Assembly (NCBI GenBank): GCA_037917685.1
Contig: JAVCBU010000012.1
Location: 288,001 to 352,000, forward strand
Direction of reading: 5' to 3'
Origin: Thermoproteota archaeon
GTDB lineage: Archaea > Korarchaeota > Korarchaeia > Korarchaeales > JAOZGB01
Length of the DNA: 64,000 bases
In this document: one piece after another, positions 48,354 to 57,436 of the stretch
Layout of the letters: the number at the start of each line of letters is the position of its first letter
Position numbering within the stretch: position 1 is the stretch's first letter
Program-made: the position numbers and the translations under genes
Notes under the pieces: model-generated
What the model was told of the DNA's origin: nothing
The model's database searches: none
Seen by the model: the letters and a program-made list of their open reading frames with translations, nothing else

Positions 48354-48624
48354 TGTCATCGTGTGTAGATGTAGGGATGTGACCTTGGAAATGGTTGAGA
48401 AGGCTATAGATGAAGGATATGAGACTGTTGAAGAGCTAAAGAGAAAGCTTAGACTCGGGATGGGCCCATGCCAAGGGAGAACGTGCATGAGGCTACTAGT
48501 AGGAATACTTAGAAGAAAGGCAAGTTTGAAACCTGAAGTCATAAAACAACACAAGATTAGGCCCCCGGTGAGACCCGTTCCAGTAGGTGTATTGGAGGCT
48601 GAGAAGTATGAAGGAGAGGACTAA
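48346..48624 (+). CDS. pdhX: PDH2-type BFD-like (delta) subunit
   Basis: VCRC, GMGPCQGRTC, RPPVRP. Confidence 0.82.
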   Translation: MSDVIVCRCRDVTLEMVEKAIDEGYETVEELKRKLRLGMGPCQGRTCMRLLVGILRRKASLKPEVIKQHKIRPPVRPVPVGVLEAEKYEGED

Positions 48625-49753
48625 AGTGCTGATCATTGGTGGAGGTGTTAATGGGTGCGCGCTAGCCTACTACCTCGCTGAACGGGGAGCCGATGTTACT
48701 CTACTAGAAAGGGGGTATATTGCATGCGGCTCTTCTGGAAGGAACGCTGGGGGGATAAGACAACAATGGAGCACGAGGGAGAACGTTAGACTTGCAATGG
48801 GGAGCGTTAAAATATTTGAGAGGCTTGACGAAGAACTTGGATGTGAGACAGACTATAGACAGGGGGGATATTTAATCCTTGCCCACACGGAGGAGGAGGT
48901 TAAACAGTTCAAGAGAAATGTTTCCATGCAGAGATCGGAGGGGCTTAAGGTCGAGTATCTGGAACAAGATGAGATTAACGACATCGTCCCTGAACTAAAT
49001 GTTGAAGGCATTGGTGCTATAGGCGCTACATGGTGCCCAACAGACGGGCATGCAGACCCTATAAAGGTAACTATTGGCTATGCCGAGGCAGCTATGAAAA
49101 AAGGAGCTCAGATTTACAAGTACACAGAAGTCTTAGGTTTTAGAGTAAAGGATAACGAGATAGTTGAAGTTAAAACAAGCAAGGGGAGCATAAAAACGGA
49201 TTACGTTGTGAATGCAGCAGGAGCCTATTCAAGGGAAATCGCAAAACTTTTGGGGGTACAGCTGCCAAACAAGCCTTACAGGCATGAGATTCTCATAACA
49301 GAGCCTGTAAAACCGTTTTTCACACCTATGATCATATCCTTCCATGACAATTTCTACTTCAGACAGACACCTGAAGGCCAGATTATTGGGGGATGGGGAA
49401 ACCCCAAAGAAGAGCCGGGGTATAATTATGAATCAAGCTTAACCTTCGCTAAGAACATGGCAAGGCTCTTAGCAAGATATATGCCAAAACTCAGACACAT
49501 AAACATTCTTAGACAATGGGCTGGACTCTACGATGTAACTCCTGATGCCCGCCCGATTCTCGGCCCGGTGGAAATGGTTAGAAATTTCATACAAATGAAC
49601 GGTTTCAGCGGCCACGGCTTCATGGTTGCTCCAATGACAGCAACGCTGATTTCACAGCTAATTATGGGTGAAAAGACCACTCTACCCATCGAAAACCTTT
49701 CACTTGAAAGGTTTAGGGGGGAAGTAACAAGAGAGGTCTCAGTTGTGGGCTGA
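48608..49753 (+). CDS. pdhB: Dye-linked L-proline dehydrogenase/sarcosine oxidase-like beta (FAD) subunit
   Basis: IIGGG, GSSGRNAGG, RQWAGLYDVTPD, GFSGHGFM; gene order A-F-X-B as in Thermococcales PDH2. Confidence 0.85.
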   Translation: MKERTKVLIIGGGVNGCALAYYLAERGADVTLLERGYIACGSSGRNAGGIRQQWSTRENVRLAMGSVKIFERLDEELGCETDYRQGGYLILAHTEEEVKQFKRNVSMQRSEGLKVEYLEQDEINDIVPELNVEGIGAIGATWCPTDGHADPIKVTIGYAEAAMKKGAQIYKYTEVLGFRVKDNEIVEVKTSKGSIKTDYVVNAAGAYSREIAKLLGVQLPNKPYRHEILITEPVKPFFTPMIISFHDNFYFRQTPEGQIIGGWGNPKEEPGYNYESSLTFAKNMARLLARYMPKLRHINILRQWAGLYDVTPDARPILGPVEMVRNFIQMNGFSGHGFMVAPMTATLISQLIMGEKTTLPIENLSLERFRGEVTREVSVVG

Positions 49754-49818
49754 AGCGTTATATCTTTATTTGCAAACACATCTCAATCTATATATTTTAA
49801 TGGAACTGTAACGAGGGT

Positions 49819-50502
49819 GTGTCAATGGAGATAGTGGTAGCCAAAGATGTACAAGAGAGACTAAAAGGAGTCCAGGTAGCCTCTGCCATTATTAGAGGAT
49901 GCAATAACACGCTCAGCAGGCCAAAGGAATTTTACAATGTTGAGTCAGAGGTTGTAAGCTATGTGAGACGAAGATACTCTGAACCACCAGAGATCACAAA
50001 AGACATTAGAATAAGGGTTTATAGAGACTTTTACTGGAAACTTTTAGGTTTAGACCCTACAAAAATAAGACCGGCAAACGAGGCCTTGATTAGACGAGTT
50101 GTCCAGGGGGAATCTATACCAAGCATAAACCTCATAGTGGACCTTTATAATCTTGCAAGCTTAAGAACAGGGTTACCCATGAGTGCCTACGATCTTGACA
50201 AGATAAGGGGTGAGAAGCTCGTAATAAGGTATGCTGATAAAGGCGAGGTTTTCCATCCTATCGGAGGGAACCCTGAGATTTTAACAGGTAATGAACTAGT
50301 AATTTCAGACTCTGAAGGACCTATCAGCATATATCCTTATAGGGACTGCCTAAGAACAAGGGTTGACGGAGACACTTCAAACGTGTTACTCCTTGTTTTT
50401 GGAGTTCCAGGTATTGCTCCGATTACGCTCCTCTGGGGATTAAAATACGCATGTAAGTATATTACGATGTTTACCGGGGGTAGGGCGGAACTGCTGATAT
50501 AG
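49819..50502 (+). CDS. Stand-alone B3/4 (PheRS-beta editing-like) domain protein
   Basis: YRDFYW..GLDPTKIRPANEALIRR, INLIVDLYN, YDLDKI, YPYRD. Confidence 0.88.
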   Translation: MSMEIVVAKDVQERLKGVQVASAIIRGCNNTLSRPKEFYNVESEVVSYVRRRYSEPPEITKDIRIRVYRDFYWKLLGLDPTKIRPANEALIRRVVQGESIPSINLIVDLYNLASLRTGLPMSAYDLDKIRGEKLVIRYADKGEVFHPIGGNPEILTGNELVISDSEGPISIYPYRDCLRTRVDGDTSNVLLLVFGVPGIAPITLLWGLKYACKYITMFTGGRAELLI

Positions 50503-50511
50503 GGTGATAAT

Positions 50512-51975
50512 ATGGTTAAGAAGCCGAAGCTTTTGCCTCCCAAGTCTAATTTTCCTGAATGGTTAGACTCAGTAATGTTCCTTGCCGAAATTGCCGACTT
50601 CACATATCCCTTAAAGGGTTGTGGTGTATGGCTTCCATTCGGATGGGAACTTAGAAACAACATATTCAACATTATGCGGAGGCTATTAAAGGAAACAGGG
50701 CACGGTGAGGTGTATTTTCCCCTGCTTATCCCCGAGAGCATATTTATGAAAGAGGCTCACTTCATTAAAGGCTTTGAAGACGAGGTTTACTGGGTTACTC
50801 ATGGTGGTTTAAAGGAACTCGACGTTAAACTCGCACTAAGGCCAACCAGCGAAACGCCTATGTATTATATGTTTTCTAAGTGGATAAGGTCTCACGCTGA
50901 CCTTCCATTAAAAGTGTGGCAACTTGTAAACATGTTTAGATATGAAACGAAAGCCACAAGGCCCATGTTCAGGCTGAGAGAGGTGACTTCATTTAAGGAA
51001 GCACATACAGTGCATGCAACGGAGAAGGAAGCGCTAGAACAGGTAGAGCAGGCTATAGAAATATACAAGAGGTTCTTTGACGAGTTATGTATACCATATG
51101 TAATATCGAAGCGGCCACCATACGACAGGTTTCCAGGGGCAAAGGAAAGTATAGCATTTGAAACAATACTTCCTGATGGTAGAACCCTACAGATAGGTAC
51201 TGTCCACTATCTCGGTCAAACATTCTCCAAAGCCTTTGACATAAAATTCTTGGATAGGGATGGGATTGAAAAGTACGCCTATCAAACCTGCTACGGCGTA
51301 TCAGAGAGAGTGGTAGGTAGCGTCATAGCTCTACATGGAGACGACCATGGCCTAGTATTACCTCCAGACATCGCTCCAGTACAGGTTGTAATAGTCCCAA
51401 TAACATTTAAAGAGATTCCTGGTGTCGAAGAATACAGTAAAAAAGTCTATGAAAAGCTGAAGGACCATTTTAGAGTGGAACTCGATCTCAGAGACAAGAG
51501 ACCTGGGGAGAAATATTATCATTGGGAGGTTAGGGGGGTACCTGTTAGAGTTGAAGTAGGACCTGAGGAGATGCGGAGTAGATTAGCAACATTGGTAAGG
51601 AGAGATACGTTAGAAAGGGTAAAGGTAGAGCTAGACAATATAGTTGAAGAAGTTGAAAAACTATTTGACGATATTAAATCTAATATTAGAAACAAGATTA
51701 CCAACTGGTTCAAGGAAATGGTTAAAAGAGCAGAGACATTCTTATCTCTAACAGGAGATAAGAAGGACGTAGTGTATCATCTCATAGACGAAGATGGGGA
51801 ATTTAAAGGGGGAATAGTAGAGATACCCATCTGTGAAAACGTCGAATGTGAAATCAAGATAAGCAGGTTTATCGATATCTTGGGAGAGCCCTGGGATATG
51901 ACTGAAGAGGCAAGGGGGACATGTATCTGTGGAAGACCAGCAAAGAGAATAGTAAGGGTATCAAAACAGTACTAG
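50512..51975 (+). CDS. proS: Prolyl-tRNA synthetase (archaeal/eukaryal type)
   Basis: LRPTSET, FRYET, FKEAHT, QIGTVHYLGQ, GVSER, HGDDHG, C-terminal Zn site, terminal Tyr. Confidence 0.97.
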   Translation: MVKKPKLLPPKSNFPEWLDSVMFLAEIADFTYPLKGCGVWLPFGWELRNNIFNIMRRLLKETGHGEVYFPLLIPESIFMKEAHFIKGFEDEVYWVTHGGLKELDVKLALRPTSETPMYYMFSKWIRSHADLPLKVWQLVNMFRYETKATRPMFRLREVTSFKEAHTVHATEKEALEQVEQAIEIYKRFFDELCIPYVISKRPPYDRFPGAKESIAFETILPDGRTLQIGTVHYLGQTFSKAFDIKFLDRDGIEKYAYQTCYGVSERVVGSVIALHGDDHGLVLPPDIAPVQVVIVPITFKEIPGVEEYSKKVYEKLKDHFRVELDLRDKRPGEKYYHWEVRGVPVRVEVGPEEMRSRLATLVRRDTLERVKVELDNIVEEVEKLFDDIKSNIRNKITNWFKEMVKRAETFLSLTGDKKDVVYHLIDEDGEFKGGIVEIPICENVECEIKISRFIDILGEPWDMTEEARGTCICGRPAKRIVRVSKQY

Positions 51976-51987
51976 AAATTTTAGGAG

Positions 51988-52006
51988 AAATAAAAAATAA
52001 GGGAGT
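51988..52006 (-). terminator. Oligo-T terminator after S-layer paralog 1
   Basis: The minus strand reads ACTCCCTTATTTTTTATTT immediately after the TAA. Confidence 0.6.
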
Positions 52007-53260
52007 TTAGGGGTGAACGATGATTTCTACGGTGTCGAATGGGTCGTACCTTCCATTACCGTTAACATCCGTCCATTTAAGTATGTAAACGCCACATTTG
52101 CTTAACTCTGATAAGTGATTCCTTATGAAGTTCGCTGCCGCTTCTGTGCCGTATCTTGTGCAACCCTCTACCAGGAAGATAAAGCTTCCATCAGAATGAA
52201 TGGCACCTAAGACAGCATAGTCTTCCGACTTCCATATCGGTTCGTACGTAACTCCATTGTAGATAAGCTTAAATCCGTCCCATGAGATGCCAAGCATGTC
52301 GTTGTAGGCGGTCACATACCTGTTAGCTATAGGACCTCCTACTAGTAAGGTGGACTCTCCAGGTGTGGGTACTGGCTTCTCTACAAGCTGTTTGAGGTGT
52401 CTCTCAAACCTATCCTTCAAACCTTTGTCCGGTGCTCCAGGGGCCACATATCCTACGGTTTTGTCACTTACAAAGAGGAAGTACCCCATTGAAACGATAT
52501 CTGTATTATCTGCTCCTGGGTAACTTAAGGTTATTTCATAGTAGCTTATGTATCCGTTACTCTCCCACTTCCAAGATTTTTCAGTAGCAGTGTCAACATG
52601 AGGAGGTTTCTCCTCGCCGCTATCATGTATAGCCTTTGCTTCGACAAATGTAACGCCGGGGCCTGCGTAGAATGATGGATAGTCTAACCAGAAATCTGGG
52701 CTTTCAAGATGCCACGGATCCCAGAACTTAAACTTCCATGTATCTGGGCCTACCTTCTCCCAGAAGTTGCCGTATGTTGATACTTCATCTCCTTTTGCAC
52801 CTAAGAGCGGCCAGTAAACCAGATATGAACAGTAATATCTGTGGTGCTCGTCGTCAAACCGGAACCCAAGGAACTTAATAGCTAGCCATCTTGTTTCATT
52901 ATCTACTGCAAGTGTATGCTCAGCAGATATCATGTCGTAGATCGTGGCCCCAACGTAGAACAGCCATGTTTCATCCATTCTTCCCGTCATTAATGCTTTA
53001 AAGGCCTCCTCTCTCTCGCTCTTGAATTGTTCCCACTCTTCATCTGTTAATGGTGTCTCACTTCCTATTTCCCCCTTCCATATTTCTTCTCCCACATCGT
53101 ACCTGAACGTATGATTTGCATAGAAGGTTATAGCCCAATACCCGTATCTAATGTACTGTGCTTCAGTTCTCATGACTCTTATAGTGCCTAGAAATAGCCC
53201 TGCAGTCGAAAATGATAGTAATACACATTGCAGGAGCGATATCAACTGTCTACCTGTCAT
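52007..53260 (-). CDS. Secreted protein with C-terminal S-layer-like domain, paralog 1
   Basis: Signal peptide; LLVGGPIAN, EGCTRYGTEAA, WTDVNGNGRYDPFD (S_layer_C-like region plus a Ca-binding-type DxNxNG loop). Confidence 0.75.
   Translation of the reverse strand: MTGRQLISLLQCVLLSFSTAGLFLGTIRVMRTEAQYIRYGYWAITFYANHTFRYDVGEEIWKGEIGSETPLTDEEWEQFKSEREEAFKALMTGRMDETWLFYVGATIYDMISAEHTLAVDNETRWLAIKFLGFRFDDEHHRYYCSYLVYWPLLGAKGDEVSTYGNFWEKVGPDTWKFKFWDPWHLESPDFWLDYPSFYAGPGVTFVEAKAIHDSGEEKPPHVDTATEKSWKWESNGYISYYEITLSYPGADNTDIVSMGYFLFVSDKTVGYVAPGAPDKGLKDRFERHLKQLVEKPVPTPGESTLLVGGPIANRYVTAYNDMLGISWDGFKLIYNGVTYEPIWKSEDYAVLGAIHSDGSFIFLVEGCTRYGTEAAANFIRNHLSELSKCGVYILKWTDVNGNGRYDPFDTVEIIVHP
52020..52093. repeat. 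74-bp inverted repeat (partner 54582-54655, 1 mismatch)
   Basis: The reverse complement matches 54582-54655 except for one synonymous position. Confidence 0.93.
52355..52411. repeat. 57-bp perfect inverted repeat (partner 54264-54320) containing the dyad GTTTGAG-N6-CTCAAAC
   Basis: The reverse complement is identical to 54264-54320; dyad at 52390-52409. Confidence 0.93.
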
Positions 53261-53367
53261 TTTTACCCATAAATTTCCCCTACAATTATTTTTAAAACTT
53301 TAACGTTTAACGATGACTGGATAGTTAAATAATTTAATTTTGTAACCAGTGCCCTACAGTAAACTCG

Positions 53368-53381
53368 AACTTAGCTAAGTT
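53368..53381. promoter_or_regulatory. Perfect 14-bp palindrome AACTTAGCTAAGTT in a divergent promoter region; candidate operator
   Basis: Between the two divergent S-layer paralogs, about 20 bp upstream of the TATA-like TTTTAAG near 53401; TCGA on both flanks. Confidence 0.5.
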
Positions 53382-53438
53382 TCGATTTCGAGACTAAGAT
53401 TTTTAAGCTGCCCAACTAGAAGTGTATCTTTGATAAAA

Positions 53439-54668
53439 ATGAGGCTTTCCGTAAAAGCTACGTTAGTACTCATCGGATCAGCTGTACTACTACTTTCAAT
53501 CGTACCTGCAACCATAACGGAGGAAGCCCAAGAAGGCTGGATATGGAAGGGTTTCTGGGAGATATACTTCTGGAACAATAACACAATAACCTTTAAGAGC
53601 AAGAGAAAAGTGTACTGGGGAACCCTAGGTGAAGCGAGAGAGATAACGGACCAGGAATGGGAGCAGTATAAAGCTGAGCACCAGGACGAGTTTGAGGAGC
53701 TGGCTAGAGGCGCAACATATTACGACGTCTTCCACTACATTGGTGCGGCTATAGAAGATCCTATTTCACAGGAATATACGATGGTTGTACCTGATGAAAT
53801 CCTAGACATGATCGTGTACTACAAAGGCCTGTTCATAGAGGATGAAGAACACGCATACGGCCAAGAATGGAACATCTACTGGCCACCGCTTGGAACAGAA
53901 GACCAAAGTAGATGGTCCAAGGTTTCATCTGATACCGTAGAGTTTATCTTTGTAGACCCCTGGCACTTTGATACTGTAGATGCATGGCTTGACTACCCAT
54001 ACTTCTTCGCCGGGCCAGGCGTAACATTCGTTGATGCTTGGGCTGAACACGACTCTGGTGAACACATAGCCCCCCACCATGACGAACCCAACTTTAAAGG
54101 GTGGGACTGGGAGTCAAACGGGTACATTTACTGCTACCACATAACAATTTCATACAGCCAGTTAGAAAACCTCGATATGTCATCAATGCAGGCAATGCTC
54201 CTCGTATGGAACGAAACAACAGGATTCGTTGCACCAGGAGCTCCCGATAAAGCATTAAAAGACAGGTTTGAGAGACACCTCAAACAGCTTGTAGAGAAGC
54301 CAGTACCCACACCTGGAGAGCCGACAGTACTTGTAGGAGGCCCTATAGCTAACAGATTCGTAACCACCTACAATGATAGGGTTGGAGTCTCCTTCGACGG
54401 GTTCAACCTAATCTATGACGGCGTGACCTACTCCCCAGTATGGCAAAGTGAGGATTACGCAGCTGTCTTCGCTATATGGGACAATCCTGGATGGGTATTC
54501 GTAGTAGAGGGCTGCACGAGATACGGCACAGAAGCAGCGGCGAACTTCATAAGAAACAACCTCGAGGAGCTTGATGCTGGAGGCGTTTACATACTTAAAT
54601 GGACGGATGTTAATGGTAATGGAAGGTACGACCCATTCGACACCGTAGAAATCATAGTAGAGCCATAA
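53439..54668 (+). CDS. Secreted protein with C-terminal S-layer-like domain, paralog 2
   Basis: Same architecture as 52007-53260 with shared motifs DPWH, WLDYP, AGPGVTFV, HDSGE, WESNGYI, VGGPIAN, EGCTRYGTEAAANFIRN; start 53430 or 53439. Confidence 0.75.
   Translation: MRLSVKATLVLIGSAVLLLSIVPATITEEAQEGWIWKGFWEIYFWNNNTITFKSKRKVYWGTLGEAREITDQEWEQYKAEHQDEFEELARGATYYDVFHYIGAAIEDPISQEYTMVVPDEILDMIVYYKGLFIEDEEHAYGQEWNIYWPPLGTEDQSRWSKVSSDTVEFIFVDPWHFDTVDAWLDYPYFFAGPGVTFVDAWAEHDSGEHIAPHHDEPNFKGWDWESNGYIYCYHITISYSQLENLDMSSMQAMLLVWNETTGFVAPGAPDKALKDRFERHLKQLVEKPVPTPGEPTVLVGGPIANRFVTTYNDRVGVSFDGFNLIYDGVTYSPVWQSEDYAAVFAIWDNPGWVFVVEGCTRYGTEAAANFIRNNLEELDAGGVYILKWTDVNGNGRYDPFDTVEIIVEP
54264..54320. repeat. 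57-bp perfect inverted repeat (partner 52355-52411)
   Basis: AGGTTTGAGAGACACCTCAAACAGCTTGTAGAGAAGCCAGTACCCACACCTGGAGAG; dyad at 54266-54285. Confidence 0.93.
54582..54655. repeat. 74-bp inverted repeat (partner 52020-52093)
   Basis: 73/74 identity to the reverse complement of 52020-52093. Confidence 0.93.
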
Positions 54669-54670
54669 TC

Positions 54671-54689
54671 ACTCCCTTTTTTATATTTT
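54671..54689 (+). terminator. Oligo-T terminator after S-layer paralog 2
   Basis: ACTCCCTTTTTTATATTTT, homologous to the terminator of paralog 1. Confidence 0.6.
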
Positions 54690-54745
54690 ATAAGTATTAG
54701 GGATAGACAGTACGATTAATAATTATATGCACTAATAACACATTA

Positions 54746-55171
54746 ATGGTGGAAGACGTAATCCATATCCTTACTGGAGTTAGAGATATAAGCCGAGGTG
54801 AAGGATTAGAGCATTTCTTTCTGAAAATTTATAGCCTCCTATTCTTGAGGAGCCTTGGATACACGATGATAATGTTTGAGCCTGAGATCTTCGGGCTTAG
54901 ACCTGACATACTCGCGGTTAAAATATTAGAAGGTCATGCCGAAATAGCGTGGGTTGAATGTGGGGGAATGCACAAGCCCTATGCTGAGGTTAAGAAGGTG
55001 TTGGATAAGTTGAGGTATCTTTTGAGAAGAAAATTAGATGTGAAATACAAGATATTCAACGTCAGCATGAGACGGGTGAACCTTCCCGAGTACGTGGATG
55101 AAATAGAGGTAAGCGATTACGTGATGAAACTATTATACGATATTTATAGTATGTTTAGGCTGAGTGTCTAG
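54746..55171 (+). CDS. Small PD-(D/E)XK-like (restriction endonuclease fold) protein
   Basis: GEGLEH...LGY...FEPE...RPDILAV...IAWVECG pattern. Confidence 0.55.
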   Translation: MVEDVIHILTGVRDISRGEGLEHFFLKIYSLLFLRSLGYTMIMFEPEIFGLRPDILAVKILEGHAEIAWVECGGMHKPYAEVKKVLDKLRYLLRRKLDVKYKIFNVSMRRVNLPEYVDEIEVSDYVMKLLYDIYSMFRLSV

Positions 55172-55195
55172 TTTTATTATTACTCAACAGGGAAT

Positions 55196-56830
55196 ATGAT
55201 ATGTCGGATGAGGCATAATAGACTTGGGTTAGGTTTAGCATTCGCCCTTTTGGGCCTCCTCCTCATTTACAGTCGCGAATATATTTTAGGGGTCTTAGGA
55301 TTATGGTTTATTTTTTCCTTAACTCCATCTTATATTCTTCATTCTAGTTTAAACGACTTGAAATGGAAGATTGCCTTCTCAAGCCTCGTCTTCTTTTTCT
55401 TAACGGTGTTATTGGATAGTCCGTTGGGTCTAATTCTATCAGCAGTTTGTAGTTTTGCCCCATTAAAGTATAATCTGGCTTATCTCTTAAGTAAAAGGTC
55501 AAGTAGAGAAGTCGTAGCAGAGAGTGAAGGGTTAGACGCTGAAAGGGATAAAAAAACTTTTATTATGAGTTTTCAGGCGTTTGCCTCCAAATGGAGGCCT
55601 AGTTTCTATCTTATCTCCGATGGGTATGCCATAGGTGCTAACTTCCTTGAAAGAATCATCTGGTACTTATTGAACATGGGTTTTAAAATGCTTATCATTG
55701 ACCAATATGGCCGCTTTAAGAGACTTGTAGAGGCGCCGAGCACTAAGGGTAGGGTTAAAGTTGTTCCTGTCGCCTCTATAGACCTTTTGGAATATGAAGG
55801 AATTGACATCAGAGATTTTTCTGCGATGGCAGCCTCCCTGCTTCTAGGGATAAATGGTAACCCTCCACTTGGACCGTTGTCGAATTCTATAAGGGTGGCT
55901 GTGAACGAGGCTCCTGGGTTGAAGATCTCATCGCTTGCTTCATCAGACTTGATTGTTGGATACGAGAATGTTAGGGCTGTCTTGGAGGGGATTGCTATAA
56001 AACAAGCCGAGTATGAGGTTAGTAGATTAGAAAACTACATAAATGATGCTCCATCATGCCTTATCATCGATGTTTCAATGTTTAGAGATGCATCTATAAA
56101 GGAAACAGCTACGCTCCTGACTCTTCTCCAGGTCTATAGGCTTTGTATACTAGGAGTCCAGGACAGGGTCACAGTTTCAACCCTCCTTTGGAGTATGGGT
56201 ATACAAGGGTTTAGAATCCAACCCCAGTTTAAGGGTGTTTTGAGAGATCTTATACATGAGATTTCGAGGTACGGGTTAATACTTGGTTATGGTCCAAGTT
56301 TAGATGTTGAATTCTTAGGAGCGGTTAATATGGTACTGATATCTCGGACTGCGGGCTTAGAAGCTAATCTCCCCCTGATAAGGGTTTTGAGTAACATCTC
56401 AAGAGATTTGCCCCAAAAGATAAAGAAACTTGAAGTTGATAGAGTTATAAAAATTGACTGGACTTCGGAGGATGTCGAGGGTGAAGTGGTTATACCTCCT
56501 CCCGTTGAACTCGAAGCTTTGCCTTACATTAGGAGAGAAATGATTGAGGAGGTAGAGGATATTGTAAAGAGGCTAAAGACAACAGGTAACTATGAAAGAT
56601 ATGTTAAAGCTTTAAGCATTGTCAGTAGAGTTGGAAAAATAGCCTCTGGAAAGGCGACAAGTCTTCTCAGAGGTGAGAAGCCACTTAGAATTTTTAATAC
56701 GCTGTGTGAACTTGGACTTCTTGACTGGGAGCCCGAGATTAGATATAGAGGGAAAGGTTTTGAGACAGTTGTTTACTATTTCATTACAAAGAAAGGTCTA
56801 AAAGTCGCTGAAAGACTAGGTATAACTTAA
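55196..56830 (+). CDS. Membrane-anchored degenerate HerA/FtsK/VirB4-like protein with C-terminal winged HTH
   Basis: About 4 N-terminal TM; LIIDQYGRF, LIIDVS, HEISRYGL resemble HerA blocks but there is no Walker A/B; C-terminal LCELGLL...YYFITKKG wHTH. Confidence 0.55.
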   Translation: MICRMRHNRLGLGLAFALLGLLLIYSREYILGVLGLWFIFSLTPSYILHSSLNDLKWKIAFSSLVFFFLTVLLDSPLGLILSAVCSFAPLKYNLAYLLSKRSSREVVAESEGLDAERDKKTFIMSFQAFASKWRPSFYLISDGYAIGANFLERIIWYLLNMGFKMLIIDQYGRFKRLVEAPSTKGRVKVVPVASIDLLEYEGIDIRDFSAMAASLLLGINGNPPLGPLSNSIRVAVNEAPGLKISSLASSDLIVGYENVRAVLEGIAIKQAEYEVSRLENYINDAPSCLIIDVSMFRDASIKETATLLTLLQVYRLCILGVQDRVTVSTLLWSMGIQGFRIQPQFKGVLRDLIHEISRYGLILGYGPSLDVEFLGAVNMVLISRTAGLEANLPLIRVLSNISRDLPQKIKKLEVDRVIKIDWTSEDVEGEVVIPPPVELEALPYIRREMIEEVEDIVKRLKTTGNYERYVKALSIVSRVGKIASGKATSLLRGEKPLRIFNTLCELGLLDWEPEIRYRGKGFETVVYYFITKKGLKVAERLGIT

Positions 56831-57436
56831 CGATTCAACTCGAGACTTATGTATAAACCCAAACACCAATCCAACTAGTAGGCCTGCAGCATGGGCTGCA
56901 ACATTTACGCCAGCCATTCCCATGCCTAAAACCCATATGAGTATAGTAACTATTTCGCTAATTGAGACTTTTCTTGAAATTATGTCTAAACTTAAGACTA
57001 GCCCAACATAACCAAATATTGCCCCTGACGCCCCCACTGTTGGAGTATAAGATGGTAGAATGATTAAAGATAGTATGTCAGACCCGAACAAGGAGGATAT
57101 GTATAGGATAGCTGCTTTAACGCTTCCTACATAATTTTCACATATAGAACCGAAAATGTAGAGCGCATACATGTTAAGAAACAGATGAAGTAAATTGGCA
57201 TGAATAAATGCTGAGGTTATGAGGGTCCAGTATGCGCCTGCTTTAATGTTTGACATACTTAAACCATATTTTAGGGCTATTCCCATATCAACTTGAATGA
57301 AACCATTGATAGATGTTGTTAAAAGATACGTAAATATGTTAGCTGCAAGTATGGCTCCAGTTGTCACATATTCCCTTCTAAGAAGTAAGCTAAAGGCTAC
57401 AAGAGAGAAGGATAAGGCTATAAGGAATCGAAGCAT
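56816..57436 (-). CDS. Rhomboid intramembrane serine protease (second copy)
   Basis: FIHANLLHLFLNM, VGASGAIFG, AAHAAG. Confidence 0.92.
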   Translation of the reverse strand: MLRFLIALSFSLVAFSLLLRREYVTTGAILAANIFTYLLTTSINGFIQVDMGIALKYGLSMSNIKAGAYWTLITSAFIHANLLHLFLNMYALYIFGSICENYVGSVKAAILYISSLFGSDILSLIILPSYTPTVGASGAIFGYVGLVLSLDIISRKVSISEIVTILIWVLGMGMAGVNVAAHAAGLLVGLVFGFIHKSRVESLSYT

